A stretch of DNA of 64,000 nt. Source: the human T2T-CHM13v2.0 reference genome, Homo sapiens. Under the pieces are notes generated by a model. The model was not told the origin of the DNA, did no database searches, and saw only the letters and a list, made by a program, of their open reading frames with translations. Position numbers and translations under genes: made by a program. Shown here piece by piece: positions 41,598 through 63,323 of the stretch. Location of the stretch: NCBI RefSeq assembly GCF_009914755.1, contig NC_060935.1, one strand, 5' to 3'. Within the stretch, counting starts at the first letter, position 1. Every line of letters begins with the position of its first letter.

Positions 41598-43739
41598 TAA
41601 TTTGCTGTACTAGTGACTACCAAAGAGTTTTCCAAATTTTTGTAACAATCCCCCCACCAGCAATATATGAGTTCTGGTTGCTCCGTCTCTTTATCAACAT
41701 TTGGTACTGTCAATCCTTCTAATTTTAGCCATTCTGGTGGGGTTATAATGGTAGCTCATTGTAGTTTTTAGTTGTATTTTCTTATGACTAACCATGCTGA
41801 GCACCTTGCATATGCTTATTGGCCATATGGATCTATCAGTCATGCTAGTAGTTTACCAATTTTATTAACATATTCAATGAACCAACTGGCTTTTATTTGC
41901 ATAGTGGCACCATCATGGTTCAATGCAGCCTCAACCTCCCTGACTCAACTGATCCTTCTACCTAACCATTCCAAGTAGCTGGGACTAAAGGCACGCACCA
42001 TCGTGACAGGCTAATTTTTTTAATTTTTTGTAGATAAGGGATTTCTCCATGTTGCCCAGGCTGGTCTCAAACTCCTGGGCTCAAGTGAACTGTGCACCTT
42101 GGCTTCCCAAACTGCTGGGATTACAGATGCGAACCACCCTGCCAGCCACTTCTACTTTCTATTCATTGATTTCTGATTTTATCTTCACTATTTCCTTCCT
42201 TTTACTTTTTTTTTTTTTTTTGAGACAGAGTCTTGCTCTGTCGCTCAGTCTGGGGTGCAGTGGCCTGATCTTGGCTCACTGAAACCTCTGCCTCCTGAGT
42301 TCAAGTGATTCTCCTGCCTCAGCCTCCTGAGTAGGTGGGATTACAGGCACACGCAACCACGACTGGCTAATTTTTTCATATTTTTAGTAGAGACGGGGTT
42401 TCACCATGTTGGTCAGACTGGTCTCGAACTCCTGACCTCATGATCCCCCTGCCTTGGCCTCCCAAACTGCTGGTATTACAGGCATGAGCCACCATGCCCG
42501 GCCCCCTTCCTTTTACTTTCTTTGGTATTAATTTGGTTATCTTTTTCTAGCTTGAAGTGTAAACTTTGTAAATTGATTTTTAATTTTTCTTCTTTTCTAA
42601 TATTTGCATTTAGAGGTATAAATTTCTGTCTGAGCTCTACTTTAGATACATTCCACATGTTTTGATGTCATATTTTCATTATGACTTAGTATAAAATATA
42701 TTCTAATTTTCTCTTTTAATCCATAGATTATTTAATTTCATGTGCTTAATTTGCAAAAATTTGGTGATTTTCTACTTCTGTATTCTCATTAATTTTTAGT
42801 TTAATTCCACTGGGACTAGAAAACATTCTCTGTGATTTCAAAACTTGGAAATTTGTTGAGACTTTCATTAAATCCAAGCATGTGATCTATTACGGGAAAC
42901 ATTTTCTGTGCACTTAAAAATAACATTACTTTTGCAGAACTGTAGACATTTTGCAGTGTTGCAAAAGTAGTGACAGCGTTCTCTCTATATATCAATTAGG
43001 TAAAGAATTTAAAATCTACAATATCTGTACTAAATTTTTTTGTGTGCTTGTTTCTATCAGTTACCAAGAGAGTTGTGTTAAAATCTTCGACTATGCTTGA
43101 TGATTACTATATTTCTTCTGGTAATTATGTAAGTTTTTGTCTTATAAGTACAGAATTTTTATATTTTTCTATTGAACTGACTCTATCATTATGAAACTGC
43201 TCTCTTTATATCTCACAAAACTTTATCCCTTAAAGCTTAATTTGTCCAATACTAACATAATGACACTGATTTTCTTTTTCTTTTTTCTTTTTTTTTTTTT
43301 GAGATGGAGTCTCGCTCTGTCATCCAGGCTGGAGTGCAGTGGTGTGATCTCAGCTCACGCAACCTCCACCTTCCAGGTTCAAGTGGTTCTCCTGCCTCAG
43401 CTTCCCAAGTAACTGGGATTTACTTTTGCCTGACTAAATTTTGTATTTTTAGTAGAGACGGGGTTTCACCACGTTGGCCAAGCTGGTCTCGAATGCCTGA
43501 CCTCAAGTTATCCACCCACCTCGGCCTCCCAAAGTGTTGGGATTACAGGTGTGAGCACCATGCCTGGTCTGACTTTCTTTTAATTAAAGTTTGCATGATG
43601 TATATTTTTCCATTGTCTTATTGTTTTATATTCTTATTGTTTAAAGTATGCCTCAAAAATAATAAACAGATGGGGTTTTTGTCAGTCTGACAACCTTTGC
43701 TTTCATTTGGGTTCTTTAGTCTATTTACATGTAAAACAT

Positions 43740-48370
<4,631 letters not shown>

Positions 48371-48760
48371 TCCATCAATAGAGAATTTAAAAGAACAACA
48401 GCAAGAATATAAGTCAAAGGGGATAATGAGAAATAAGTGCATTGTCTGGGAGAAGATAAAAATGCAAATCTATATATGATTTCATAAGTCAAATATGCAT
48501 GTTGCAATCTCTTGAATAAGTTTAAAAGAATGATAATATATAGAGAAAAATATAAAAAACTCATTCCCATAGAAGGCCATAACATGTTGAAAAAGAACGT
48601 AGAACGTCTGAGACATACAGAGAGTAAATAGTAACAGGGTAGATTTAAATCCCCAAACATCAGTAATTACATTACATGTGAATGAAGTAAATGTTCTGAC
48701 AAAAGACAAAGAGTATCCTACTGGATAAAAAATGTTAGCTAACAACCTGCTGCCAGGTCA

Positions 48761-48889
<129 letters not shown>

Positions 48890-49174
48890 TTAGCCGGGCG
48901 TGGTGGCACATGCCTGTAATTCCAACTACTGGGGAGGCTGGGGCACAAGAATGCTTGACCCCGGGAGGTGGAGGTTGCAGTGAGCTGAGATAGATCGTGC
49001 CACTTCACTCTAGCCTGGGCAACAGAACGAGACTCTGTCTCAAAAAAACAAAAACAAAACAAAAAAAAAAAACCTGCTGCCTATAAAAAGACACAGCAAA
49101 AATGTAAAGATTCAGAATGTTGGAAGTAAAATGACAGGAAAGATGTACCATGCAAATAAGAGACAGTTGGTGTG

Positions 49175-49472
49175 CGCATGTTCTCACTCATAATGGGAGT
49201 TGAACAATGAGAATGAACACATGGACACAGGGAGGGGAACATCACACTCTGGGGCCTGTCAGCAGGTGGCGGGCTAGGGGAGGGACAGCATTAGGAGAAA
49301 TACCTAATGTAGATGATGGGTTGATGAGTGCAGCAAACCACCATGGCAAGTGTATACCTATGTAACAAACCTGCACATTCTGCACAAGTATCTCAAAACT
49401 TAAAGTATGATAATAAAAAAAGGAAACACAATATTACTGACAGTAAAACTTTCTGATTTGTTAAAAAAAAAA
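49175..49472 (+). mobile_element. 5'-truncated L1PA6/7-like 3' end with a 41-bp 3' transduction
   Basis: TSD AAGAGACAGTTGGTGTG at 49158-49174 and 49473-49489; two A-tracts. Confidence 0.88.
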
Positions 49473-51041
49473 AAGAGACAGTTGGTGTGGTTGTATTAAT
49501 ACCAGAAATTTGAGACCTTAAGGGACACACTTTATAATGATAAAAGGTTCAATTCAAGAAAGATACAATAATCTTAAGTATTCACTTAATAACATGGTCT
49601 CAAATATATACAAACCACCAGAAAAATAGACAAATCTTCAGTCATAGTGGAAGCTTTTAATACATATCTCTCAGTAACTGATAGTATAACTAGACAAAAA
49701 TATTCAGTAAGGCTATAGAAGATTTGATCAACATAACTGAAAAATTTGACCTAATTGACATCTATGCAATACTATGCTCAATAACTAAAAAATATATATT
49801 CTTTTCAAGTACAGATAAAAATTTATAAAAAATAGACAACAGAGGATTGAAAGTACAGCACAATCAAGATAAGGGCTGACAACAAAAAGATAACTGGCTA
49901 ATTTCCAAATTAAATAACTGAAATAAAGTAGAAGTTTTAAAATATTTTGAACTGAATTTGATATGAAAATATGACATATCAAAACTTGTAAGCTGCAGCT
50001 AAGACCATTCTTAGATAAAAATTTATGTCCTTAAATACATATACCAGAAAAGGCTACAAGTCAATAAATTCAGCATCCATTTCAAAAAGTTAGAAAAATA
50101 ACAGCAAACAGAATTCAAAGAAAATATAAAGAAGGAAATAATAAACAGCAGAAAATGATGAGGTAGGACACAAATGAACAACACAAAGAAACAACAAAGC
50201 TAAAAATTGTTTTTGGAAAAGACCAATAAAAGTAATAAACTCCAAAGAGACTGCTCAAGAAAAAAAAGAGGAGATGCAAATAACCAATACCAGGAATAAA
50301 ATAAAGATAACTATTACAGATTCTAAGGCATTAGAAAGATCATAAAAAGTATTATGAATAATTTTAAGCTAATAAATTTGAAAATTTAGATGAAAACTTC
50401 CTAGAAAAATACAACTTATCAGAGCTAGCACAAGAAGAAATACAAAATAGAAATAGAACTATAATTCTAAATTGAATGTAATTTAAAATCTTTTCATGGA
50501 AAAAACTTCTGGCACAGATGGTTTCATTAGTAAATCCTTACAAAGTACATTTAAGGATGAAAATAACACTCAATGTGAAAAAGAAATTCAGAAAATAAAC
50601 AGAGTAGAAACATTTCCCAATTTGTTTTAGGAGGCCAGCTAAATGTGATACCAAAATCTGACAGAGACAGTAAATTAGACGTTCTGCAGGAACACAGGTG
50701 CAAATATTTATACCAAATATTAGCAAACTAAATTCAGTGATATTTTAAAGGGATAAGATAATCATAACCAAAATGTACCTATTCTAGGAACGCTAAGACG
50801 ATTTAACATTCAAACAAAAAATAAGAACAAAAGAAAAATTGTATCTCAATTAAAGCAAAAAAGGTCTCATAAAATTTAGCATCTGTTCTTGGATTTCTAA
50901 AAAACTCTTGTCTGGGCACAGTGGCTCATGTCTGTAATCCTGGCACTTTCAAAGGCCAAGGCAGGAGGATTGCTTGAGGACAAGAGTTTGAGACCAGTCT
51001 GGGCAACATAGGAAGACTCTGTCTCTACAAAAAAAGTTTTA

Positions 51042-51194
<153 letters not shown>

Positions 51195-51744
51195 CTAAAA
51201 ATAAAATCAAAAAACTCTTTTAGTTCAACAGGAATAGAAGGAAACTTCCTTAATCAGATAAAAGGATTCTATAACAAACAAACAAACAAAAATAGCATAC
51301 CTCATACTTAATGATGAAATATTGATCCTTTCCCTCTGAAATCCAGAATAAGACAGTGGTTATCACTTCTATTCACCATTACTGAAGGCTCTAGCCAGTG
51401 TATAATGGCAAGAAAAAGAAATAAAATGTATCATGTTTGAAAAGGCAAAAACAAAACTCATTGAGGATGACATGATTGTTTATATTGAAAATCCAAAATA
51501 ATCAATGTACACATTATTAGAATTAATAAATGAGGATTGCAAAGTTGTTGGGAACAAAGCTAATGTGCAAAAATTGATTGTCTTTCTACATAATAGCATC
51601 AAAAATAAGAAAATAAAAATTTTGTAATTACCATTTATAGGAGCATTAAAAAGCAAGTTATAAATCTAGCAAAAGATATGTAAGACCTCTCTATAGAAAA
51701 CTATAAAGCATTTGTTCAGAGAAAGTTTAGAAGAACTAAATAAC

Positions 51745-52162
51745 ATTTCAAATTAGGTTTTCCAAAAGAAGATGCTTATATGAAGTTTGAGTGCCACAGG
51801 TTTATTAGGGCTCAATACCTATGGAAGAAAGGGGAGGGAAGAAGAACTGGGCAGAAGAAGAGTTGGAACTGCAATGTAAGCCACACAAAGCCTGGGCCAA
51901 TTCTGCTTGGACCTCTAAAGTGAATACTGCCACAATGGCTTCTAGACCCATCTCCTCACCCACCACATTCTGCTCAGTCACTGGACATGGGTTGACCTAG
52001 CATCACTGGAAAGGGTTGACCTAGCATCAGGCAGTTCTTTGCAATTAGGGTAGAAACTGAAGATCCTCACAGCTGGAGGCTGTCTGTGGACTGCAGTCCC
52101 TGAGATTGGGTAGTAAATCCTTCTTAAAGAGGGATCTAACAGCATATCCCTTATTTCCCACA
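51745..52162 (-). mobile_element. ERVL-class solo LTR (LTR33-like)
   Basis: Minus-strand AATAAACCTGTGGCACTCAAACTTC...GGAAAACCTAA end; interrupts collinear L1. Confidence 0.6.
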
Positions 52163-52853
52163 AATGTTCATGATTTAGAGCTCTCAGTATTGTCATGATA
52201 CCAGTTTTCCTCAAATTGAGCCAAATATTCAATACAATCTCGATCAACATTCCAACAGACTTTTAATTTAATTTTTTATTTTTATTTTGTAGAGATGGGG
52301 TCTCACTATGTTGCCCTGGCTGGTGTCAAACTCCTGAGCTCAAGTGATCCTCCTGCCTCAGCCTCCCAAAGTGCTGGGATTACAGGTGTGAGCTACCGCA
52401 CCCGGCCAAAATTCCAATAGACTTTAAAAATATGTTTTATTTTGGTAAAAATCCACACAACATAAATTAACCATTAGTGACATTTAGTACTTTCATATTA
52501 TACAGCCACTACTTCCACAATATTTTCATCACTCCAAAAGGAAACCCCATATCTATCAAGCAGTCACTTCCTTCACCCTAGCCCCCAACACCTGGCAAGC
52601 ACTAGTCGTCTTTCTCTTTTTTGATAATCTCTATTTGTTCAGACATGTCCATGTATCTTTCTCCTCAGCTTCATTCTACCTAGATTTTTAGGTTTGCCTG
52701 TTCCTGCCTTGTCTGCTGTCTATTGCCTGAGGTGGCTGCAGGTTGTATATGATTTTAAATCCTATAAGCTGGCCCATCCCTGTGATGGCATGGAGAGGTG
52801 TGAAATAAAGGGAAACTCTGTGCAGGTTCCTCGGGGAACTGCCAGACAGATCA

Positions 52854-53206
<353 letters not shown>

Positions 53207-54157
53207 CTATATTTTACACTCTGGCCCCAAAAAGCCACACCAGGAATAGGGGCCTTTGTTTCCACAGCTGCTGCCAAGCTGGAGAACAAGGCATGTTTGA
53301 TAGGTAGGCAAAAACACCACCCTGCTTTCTTCAAGTTTAGTAGCCTTTTTCTCCATTAAAAGCATTCCCCTGGTTGCTCTAAGTTTTTAATTAGATTCCA
53401 GAGTTCCAATAAAGTTGATTCTGATGGTTATTCTTTTTTTTTGAGACGAAGTCTCACACTGTCACCCGGGTTGGTGTGCAGTGGCGCAATCTCGGCTTGC
53501 TGCAACCTCTGCCTCCCTGGCCCAAGCGATTCTCCTGTCAACCTCCCGAGTAGCTGGGACTACAGGCGCATGCCACCATGCCTGGCTAATTTTTGTATTT
53601 TTAGTAGAGACGGGGTTTCACTATGTTGGCCAGGCTGGTCTCGAACTCCTGACCTCATGATCCGCCCGACTCAGCCTCCCAAAGTGCTGGGATTACAGGC
53701 GTGAGCCACCGCGCCTGGCCGACACTTATTCTTAGAATTCCTTACTCTACAATTTTCACTTCCCCAACAGATTTATTTTGGTGTGGAAATTGAAAAGCTA
53801 ATTCAAACATTTATGTGGAAATAAAAAGCATTCAAGAATAGCCTGGAGTGTTTTCTTGAAAAAGAATTGTAAGATTGGAGGTCTTCTCTACCATTTAATA
53901 GGACTGTTATAAAGCTGTAATAGTTACGACAACAGTAGAAAAATAGACCAATGGAACAGACCAATACATAAATGGCCACCTGATTTAATTATTTTAAAGG
54001 TGGCACCGCAGAGCAGTAGGGACAGGATAGTATTTTCAATAAATAGCATTTAATCACTTGGATATCTGTAGGGAAGAATGAGAATGTTGACCTGGGCTGG
54101 GCATGGTGGCTCACACCTGTAATCCCAGCACTTTGGGAGGCCAAGGTGGGCGGATCA

Positions 54158-54598
<441 letters not shown>

Positions 54599-57500
54599 CT
54601 AGGTTGCCTATGCCAACAGGGCCCTGGGTTTCAAGCACAAAATTGAGCAGCCCTTTGGGCAGACACCAAGCTAGCTGCAGTTTTTTTTCATACCCCAGTG
54701 GCACCTGGAATGCCAGCGAGACAGACCCATTCACTCCCCTAGAAAGGGGGCTGAAGCCAGGGAGCCAAGTGGTCTAGCTCAGCGGATCCCACCCCCATGG
54801 AGCCCAGCAAGCTAAGATCCACTGGCTTGAAATTTTTGCTGCCAGCACAACAGTCTGAAATCGACCTGGGACGCTGGAGTTTGGTGGGGGGAGGGACATC
54901 TGCAATTACTGAGGCTAGAGTAGGCTGTTTTCCCCTCACAGAGCACCTGGGGGAAGGGGTGGCTGTGGGTGTAGCTTCAGCAGACTTAAACGTTCCTGCC
55001 TGCCAGCTCTGAAGAGAGCAGCAGATCTCCCAGCACAGTGCTCGAGCTCTGCTAAGGGACAGACTGCCTCCTCAAGTGGATCCCTGACCCCCATGCCTCC
55101 TGACTGGGAGACATCTCCCAGCAGGGGTTGACAGACACCTCATATAGGAGAGCTCTGGCTGGCATCTGGCAGGTGCCCCTCTGGGACAAAGCTTCCAGAG
55201 GAAGGAACAGTCAGCAATCTTTGCTGTTCTGCAGCCTCCACTGGTGATACCCAGGCAAATAGGGTCTGGAGTGGAACTCCAGCAGACTCCAGCAGACCTG
55301 CAGCAGAGGGGCCTGTTAGAAGGAAAACTAACAAACAGAAAGGAATAGCATCAACATCAACAAAAAGAACATCCACACAGAAACCCCATTCGACGGTCAC
55401 CAACATCAAAGACCAAAGGTAGAGAAAACCACAAAGATGAGGAAAAACAGGCACTAAAAGGCAGAAAATTCCAAAAACCAGAATACCTCTTCTCCTTCAA
55501 AGTATCACAACTCCTTGCCAGCAAGGGAACTAAACTGGACAGAGAATGAGTTAGACGAATTGACAGAAGTAGGCTTTAGAAGGTGGATAACAAACTCCTC
55601 CGAGCTAAAGGAGCATGTTCTAGCCCATGTAAGGAAGCTAAGAACCTTAAAAAGAGGTTAGAGGAATTGCTATCTAGAATAACCAGTTTAGAGAAGAATA
55701 TAAATGACCTGATGGAGCTGAAAAACACAGCACAAGAACTTTGTGAAGGATACACAAGTATCAATAGCTGAATTGATCAAGCGGAAGAAAGGACATCAGA
55801 GATTGAAGATCAACTTAATGAAATAAAGCATGAAGACAAGATTAGAGAAAAAAGAATGAAAAGGAGTGAACAAAGCCTCCAAGAAATATGGGACTATGTG
55901 AAAAGACCAAACCTACATTTGATTGATATACCTGAAAGTGATGGGGAGAATGGAACCAAGTTGGAAAACATTCTCCCAATACAGGAACACTCAGATTCAT
56001 AAAGCAAGTTCTTAGAGACCTACAAGGAGACTTAGACTCCCACACAATAATTATGGGAGACTTTAACACCCCCCTGTCAATATTAGACAGATCAACGAGA
56101 CAGAAAATTAACAAGGATATTCAGGACTTGATCTCAGCTCTAGACCAAGCAGACCTAATAGACATCTACAGAACTCTCCACCCCAAAGCAACAAAAGATA
56201 CATTCTTCTCAACATCACATCGCACTTATTCTAAATTGACCACATAATTGGAAGTAAACACTCCTCAGCAAATGCAAAAGAATGGAAATCCTACCAGTCT
56301 CTCAGACCACAGTGCAATCAAATTAGAACTCCGGATTTTAAAACTCACTCAAAACTGCACAACTACATGGAACCTTAACACCTGCTCCTGAATGACTACT
56401 GGATAAATAATGAAACGAAGGCAGAAATAAATAAGTTATTTGAAACCAATGAGAACAAAGACACAATGTACCAGACTTCCCAGGAAACAGCTAAAGCAGT
56501 GTTTAGAGGGAAATTTATAGCACTAAATGGCCATAGGAGAAAGCGGGAAAGATCTAAAATTGACACCCTAATATCACAATTAAAAGAACTAGAGAAGCAA
56601 GAGCAAACACATTCAAAATCTAGCAGAAGACAAGAAATATCTACGATCAGAGCAGAACTGAAGGAGATAAGAGACACAAAAAAACCTGCAAAAAATCAGT
56701 GAATCCAGGAGCTGTTTTTTTGAAAAGATTAACAAAATAGACCACTAGCCAGACTAACAAAGAAGAGAGAAGAATCAAATAGATACAATAAAAAATGATA
56801 AAGATGATATCACCACTGATCCCAGAGAAATACAAACTATCATCAGAGAATACTATACACACCTCTATGCAAATAAACTAGAAAATCTAGAAGAAATGGA
56901 TAAATTCCTGGACACATACACCCTCCCAAGACTAAACCAGGAAGAAGTCAAATCCCTGATAGACCAATAACAAGTTCTGAAATTGAGGCAGTAATTAATA
57001 GGCTACCAACCAAAAAAATCCCAGGACCAGATGGATTCACAGCTGAATTCTACCAGAGATACAAAGAGGAGCTGGTACCATTCCTTCTGAAACTATTCCA
57101 AACAATAGAAAAAGAGGGGCTACTCCCTAACTCATTTTATGAGGCCAGCATCATCCTGATACCAAACCCTGGCAGAGACACAACAAAAGAAGAAAATTTC
57201 AGGCCAATATACCTGATGAACATCAATGTGAAAATCCTCCATAAAATACTGGCAAACCGAATCTAGCAGCACATCAAAAAGCGTATCCACCACGATCAAG
57301 TCGGCTTCATCCCTGGGATGCAAGGCTAGTTCAACATACACAAATCAATAAATGTAATCCATCACATAAAAAGAACCAATTACAAAAACCACGTGATTAT
57401 CTCAATAGATGCAGAAAAGGCCTTTGATAAAATTCAACACCGCTTTGTGCTAAAAACTTTCAATAAACTAGGTATTCATGGAACGTATCTCAAAATAATA

Positions 57501-58932
57501 AGAGCTATTTATGACAAACCCACAGCCAATACCATACTGAATGGGCAAAAGCTGGATGCATTCCCTTTGAAAACCGGTATAAGACAAGGATGCCCTCTCT
57601 TACCACTCCTTTTCAACATAGTATTGGAAGTTCTGGCCAGGGCAATCAGGCAAGAGAAAAAAATAAAGAGTATTCAAATAGAAAGAGAGGAAGTCAAATT
57701 GTCTCTATTTGCAGATGACATGATTGTATATTTAGAAAGCCCCATTGTCTCAGCCCCAAATCTTCTTAAGCTGATAAGCAACTTCAACAAAGTCTCAGGA
57801 CACACAATCAATCTGCAAAAATCACAAGCATTCCTATACACCAATAATAGACAATCAGAGACCCAAATAATGAGTGAGCTCTCATTCACAATTGCTACAA
57901 AGAGAATAAAATACCTAGGAATACAACTCACAAGGGATATGAAGGACCTCTTCAAAGAGAACTACACACCACTGCTCAAGGAAATAAGAGAGGACACAAA
58001 CAAATGGAAAAACATTCCATGCTCATGAATAGGAAGAATCAATACTGTGAAAATGGCCATACTGCCCAAAGTAATTTATAGATTCTATGCTATCCCCATC
58101 AAGCTACCATTGACTTTCCTCATAGAATTAGAAAAAACTACTTTAAATTTCATATGGAACCAAAAAAAAAACCCGTATAGCCAAGACAATCCTAAGCAAA
58201 AAGAACAAAGTTGGAGGCATCATGCTACCTGACTTCAAACTATACTACAAGGCCACAGTAACCAAAACAGCATGGTACTGATACCAAAACAGATATATAA
58301 ACCAATGGAACAGAACAGAGGCCTCAGAAATACCACCACACATCTCATCCTTGACAAACCTGACAAAAACAAACACATCTTTGACACTATCTCATTTTTC
58401 ACAAACCTGACAAAAACAAGCAATGGGGAAAAGATTTCCTATTTAATAAATAGTGCTGGGAAAAATGGCTAGCCATATGCAGAAAACTAAAACTGGACCC
58501 CCCTTCCTTACACCTTATACAAAAATTAACTCTAGATGGATTAAAGACTTAAACGTAAGACCTAAAACCATAAAAATCCTAGAAGAAAACCTAGGCAATA
58601 CCATTCAGGACCTAGGCATGGGCAAAGACTTCATGATTAAAACACCAAAAGCAATGGCAATAAAAGCCAAAAGTGACAAATGGGATCTAATTAAACTAAA
58701 GAGCTTCTGCACACAAAAGAAACTATCATCAGAATGAACAGGCAACCTACAGAATGGGAGAAAATTTTTGCAATCTATCCATCTGACAAAGGGCTAATAT
58801 CCAGAATCTATAAGGAACTTAAACAAATTTACAAAAAAAAAAAAACCCCACCAAAAAGGGGGTGAAGGATATGAACAGATGCTTCTCAAAAGAAGACAAT
58901 TATGTGGTCAACAAACATATTTTAAAAAGCTC

Positions 58933-59622
<690 letters not shown>

Positions 59623-60304
59623 AGAATGGCAATCATTAAAAAGTCAGGAAAGAATAGATGCTGGAGAGGATGTGGAGAAACAGGAATGCTTTTACACTGT
59701 TGGTGGGAGTGTAAATTAGTTCTACCAGTTGTGGAAGACAGTGTGACAATTCCTCAAGGATCTAGAACCAGAAGTACCATTTGACCCAGCAACCCCATTA
59801 CTGGGTATATACCAAAAGGATTATAAATCATTCTACTATAAAGACACATGCACACGTATGTTTATTGGAGCAGTGTTCACAATAGCAAAGACTTGGAACC
59901 AACCCAAACGCCCATCAATGACAGACTGGATAAAGAAAATGTGCCACATATACACCATGGAATACCATGCAGCCATAAAAAAGGATGTGTTCATGTCCTT
60001 TGCAGGGACATGGATGAAGCTGGAAACCATCATTCTCAGCAAACTAACACAGGAACAGAAAACCAGACACCGCACATTCTCACTCATAAGTGGGAGTTGA
60101 ACAATGAGAACACATGGACACAGGGAGGGGAACATCACATACTGGGGTCTGTAGAGGCGTTGGGGGGCTAGAGGAGGGATAGCGTTAGGAGAAATACCTA
60201 ATGTAGATGACAGGTTGATGGGTGCAGCAAATCACCATGGTACATGTATACCTATGTAACAAACCTGCATGTTCTGCACATGTATCCCAGAACTTAAAGT
60301 ATTA

Positions 60305-60601
<297 letters not shown>

Positions 60602-61613
60602 CTATGCTCCAGCCTGGGAGACAGAACGAGACCCTGTCTCAAAAAAAGAAAAAGAAAAAAGAAAAAAACAAATTAAAAAGGCACCAACCACATAGGAAAA
60701 TATTGATAAATTGAACTACATTAAAATTAAGAACTTTGTTCATCAAAAGACACCACTGCTTCAAAATAACCTAGAGGTTGTAGAAAGTGGGTAGAGGTAT
60801 AGATGAAATAAGATTGGTTATGAATTGCTAACTGTTGAAGCTAGATGATGGGTACATGGTGGCTTATGATTTTACTCTTTCTCCTTTTGCATATATTTGA
60901 CATGTTTTATAATAAAAAATCAAAGGAAAGACTCCATTAAGAGAGTGACAAGCCACAGAGTGAAAAAAAGATGCAAGTAACAGATAACTGACAAAGGGCT
61001 TCTATGAAGAATATATAACCCTTGTGCATTATTGGTGAGAGTACAAAATGGTACAGCCACTGTGGAAAACAGTATGGTTGTTCCTAAAAAACTTAAAAAT
61101 GGAATTACCATATGATCCAGCAATTCCACTTCTGGATATATACCCAAAAGAATTAAAAGAAGGGTCTCAAAGAGATATTTGTATAACCATTTATAGAAGC
61201 ATTATTCATAATAGCTAAAACATGGAAGCAACCCAAGTGTCCATTGGTGGATGACTGAACAAGTACAATGTAGTATATACACACAATGGAATATTATTCA
61301 GCCTTAAGAAAGGAAAGAAATCCCGCAATAAACTATTACATGGGTGAATCTTGAGGACACTGTGCTAAGTGACATAAGCCAATCACAAAAAGGCAAGTAC
61401 TGTATAATTCCACTCCTATGAGGTAATTAGTCAAATTCATAGGGACAGGAGGTAGAATGATAGTTGCTGGGAGATAGGTGGAAGGGAAAATAAGGAGTTA
61501 CTGTTTAATGAGGATAGAGTTTTGGTTTTGTAAGATGAAAAGATTTATGGAGATGGGTGGTGGTGATGGTTGGTGATGGTTACACACATTATAAATGTGT
61601 TTAGTACTACTGA

Positions 61614-61868
<255 letters not shown>

Positions 61869-62389
61869 TGATCCGCCCGCCTCGGCCTCCCAAAGTGCTG
61901 GAATTACAGGTGTGAGCCACTGCGCCCAGCCTGAACTGTATTCTTAAAAATCGTTAAGATAGTAAATTTTATATTATGCGTACTTTACCACAAAAAGTAA
62001 ATTGAGAAAAAAGTAGTTTTAAAAAAATACAAAGAACTGATTTTTAAAAGACCAATAAGGGTACGGTGGTTTACACCTGTAATCCCAGCACTTTGGGAGG
62101 CCAAGGTAGGCAGATCACTTGAGTCCAGGAGTTCAAGACCAGCTTGAGCAACATGGCAAAACCCTGTCTCTACTGAAAATACAAAAAATTAGCTGGACGC
62201 GGTGGCATGCGCCTATAGTCCCAGTTATTCATGGGGCTGAAGCAGGAGGATTGCTTGAGTCCAGGAGGTTAACGCTGCAGTGAGCCCTGATCGTGCCACT
62301 GCACTCTAACCTGGGTGACAGAGTGAGACCCTGTCTTAAAAAAATAAATAAATAAAACAAAAAAAAACCCAAAACCCATAAGGATAGGG

Positions 62390-62390
<1 letters not shown>

Positions 62391-62430
<40 letters not shown>
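62391..62430 (+). repeat. (CA)20 microsatellite
   Basis: Pure AC run. Confidence 0.95.
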
Positions 62431-62434
<4 letters not shown>

Positions 62435-63230
62435 GAGAGTTGAATAAGCACTTTCCACATCACAAAAGTATCAGGGAAATACAAATTACAAACTGACAAT
62501 ATTATGTATTGGTGAGAATGTAAAGCACTAAGAATACCAAAGATTGCTAGTGCAAATATAAATTAGTACAATAGCTTTGGGAAATAATCTGGCATTATCT
62601 CCCAGAGTTGTGATAAGGATAATTTGTTGCTCACCAATTCCATTTCTAGGTGTAGTATAAACAAAAAAAAAATGTGTACACTTATCCATGAGGAGACATG
62701 AAAATTCCCAGAAACAGTTATTAAAATAGCCCCAAACTAGAAAAAATACAAAAGTCAATCAACTGTAGAATGAATAAATAGCAATATATTCATAAAAGAG
62801 AATAATGGCTATTAATTAAAAATGAATGAATTTTAGCTACATAAATGTATTGTTGGATGAACAAATATATACCCCAAAGCATACTATAGGATTCTATTTA
62901 TATACAGTTCAAAAACAGGAAATTAAAGTATTATGTTAGAATATAAAATAGTGGTTACCTTTTGGAAGAAGGGAGTTGGCAATGATTTGCAGGGTACCCA
63001 AAGGGAGTGATTTGGAGTATGAAAACATTGATCTGGGTGACGGTTACATAGGTGTTTGCTTTGTGATGATTCATTGAGCTATATATGTTTTATGAACTTT
63101 CAACATATGTGTAATACTTTAATAAAAACAGTTTTAAAAAGAAACAAATATGATGAGCACACTGAATTGATAAAGTAATCACATTTTATGGAAAAATATA
63201 GGATGCTATATCAATAAGTAATGTCCTTAC

Positions 63231-63323
63231 CTCTTTGGGATTAATATATTTCACTATCTGACGTGGTTCTCCTTGTCTTCTTAAATCAATCAGACTTTTA
63301 AAGTGTTGAAATATAGCGACATT
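63231..63323 (-). CDS. C11orf65: C11orf65 exon, 93 nt: NVAIFQHFKSLIDLRRQGEPRQIVKYINPKE
   Basis: Acceptor ctttag|A and donor GAG|gtaagg; frame joins the 54-nt exon. Confidence 0.93.

Larger units (their letters stand above)
40490..43738 (-). mobile_element. Old L1M fragments with nested DNA transposons and Alus (41900-42145, 42205-42503, 43270-43570)
   Basis: T-rich L1 3' UTR and ORF2-like sequence (42476-42658 ORF resembles ORF2). Confidence 0.7.
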
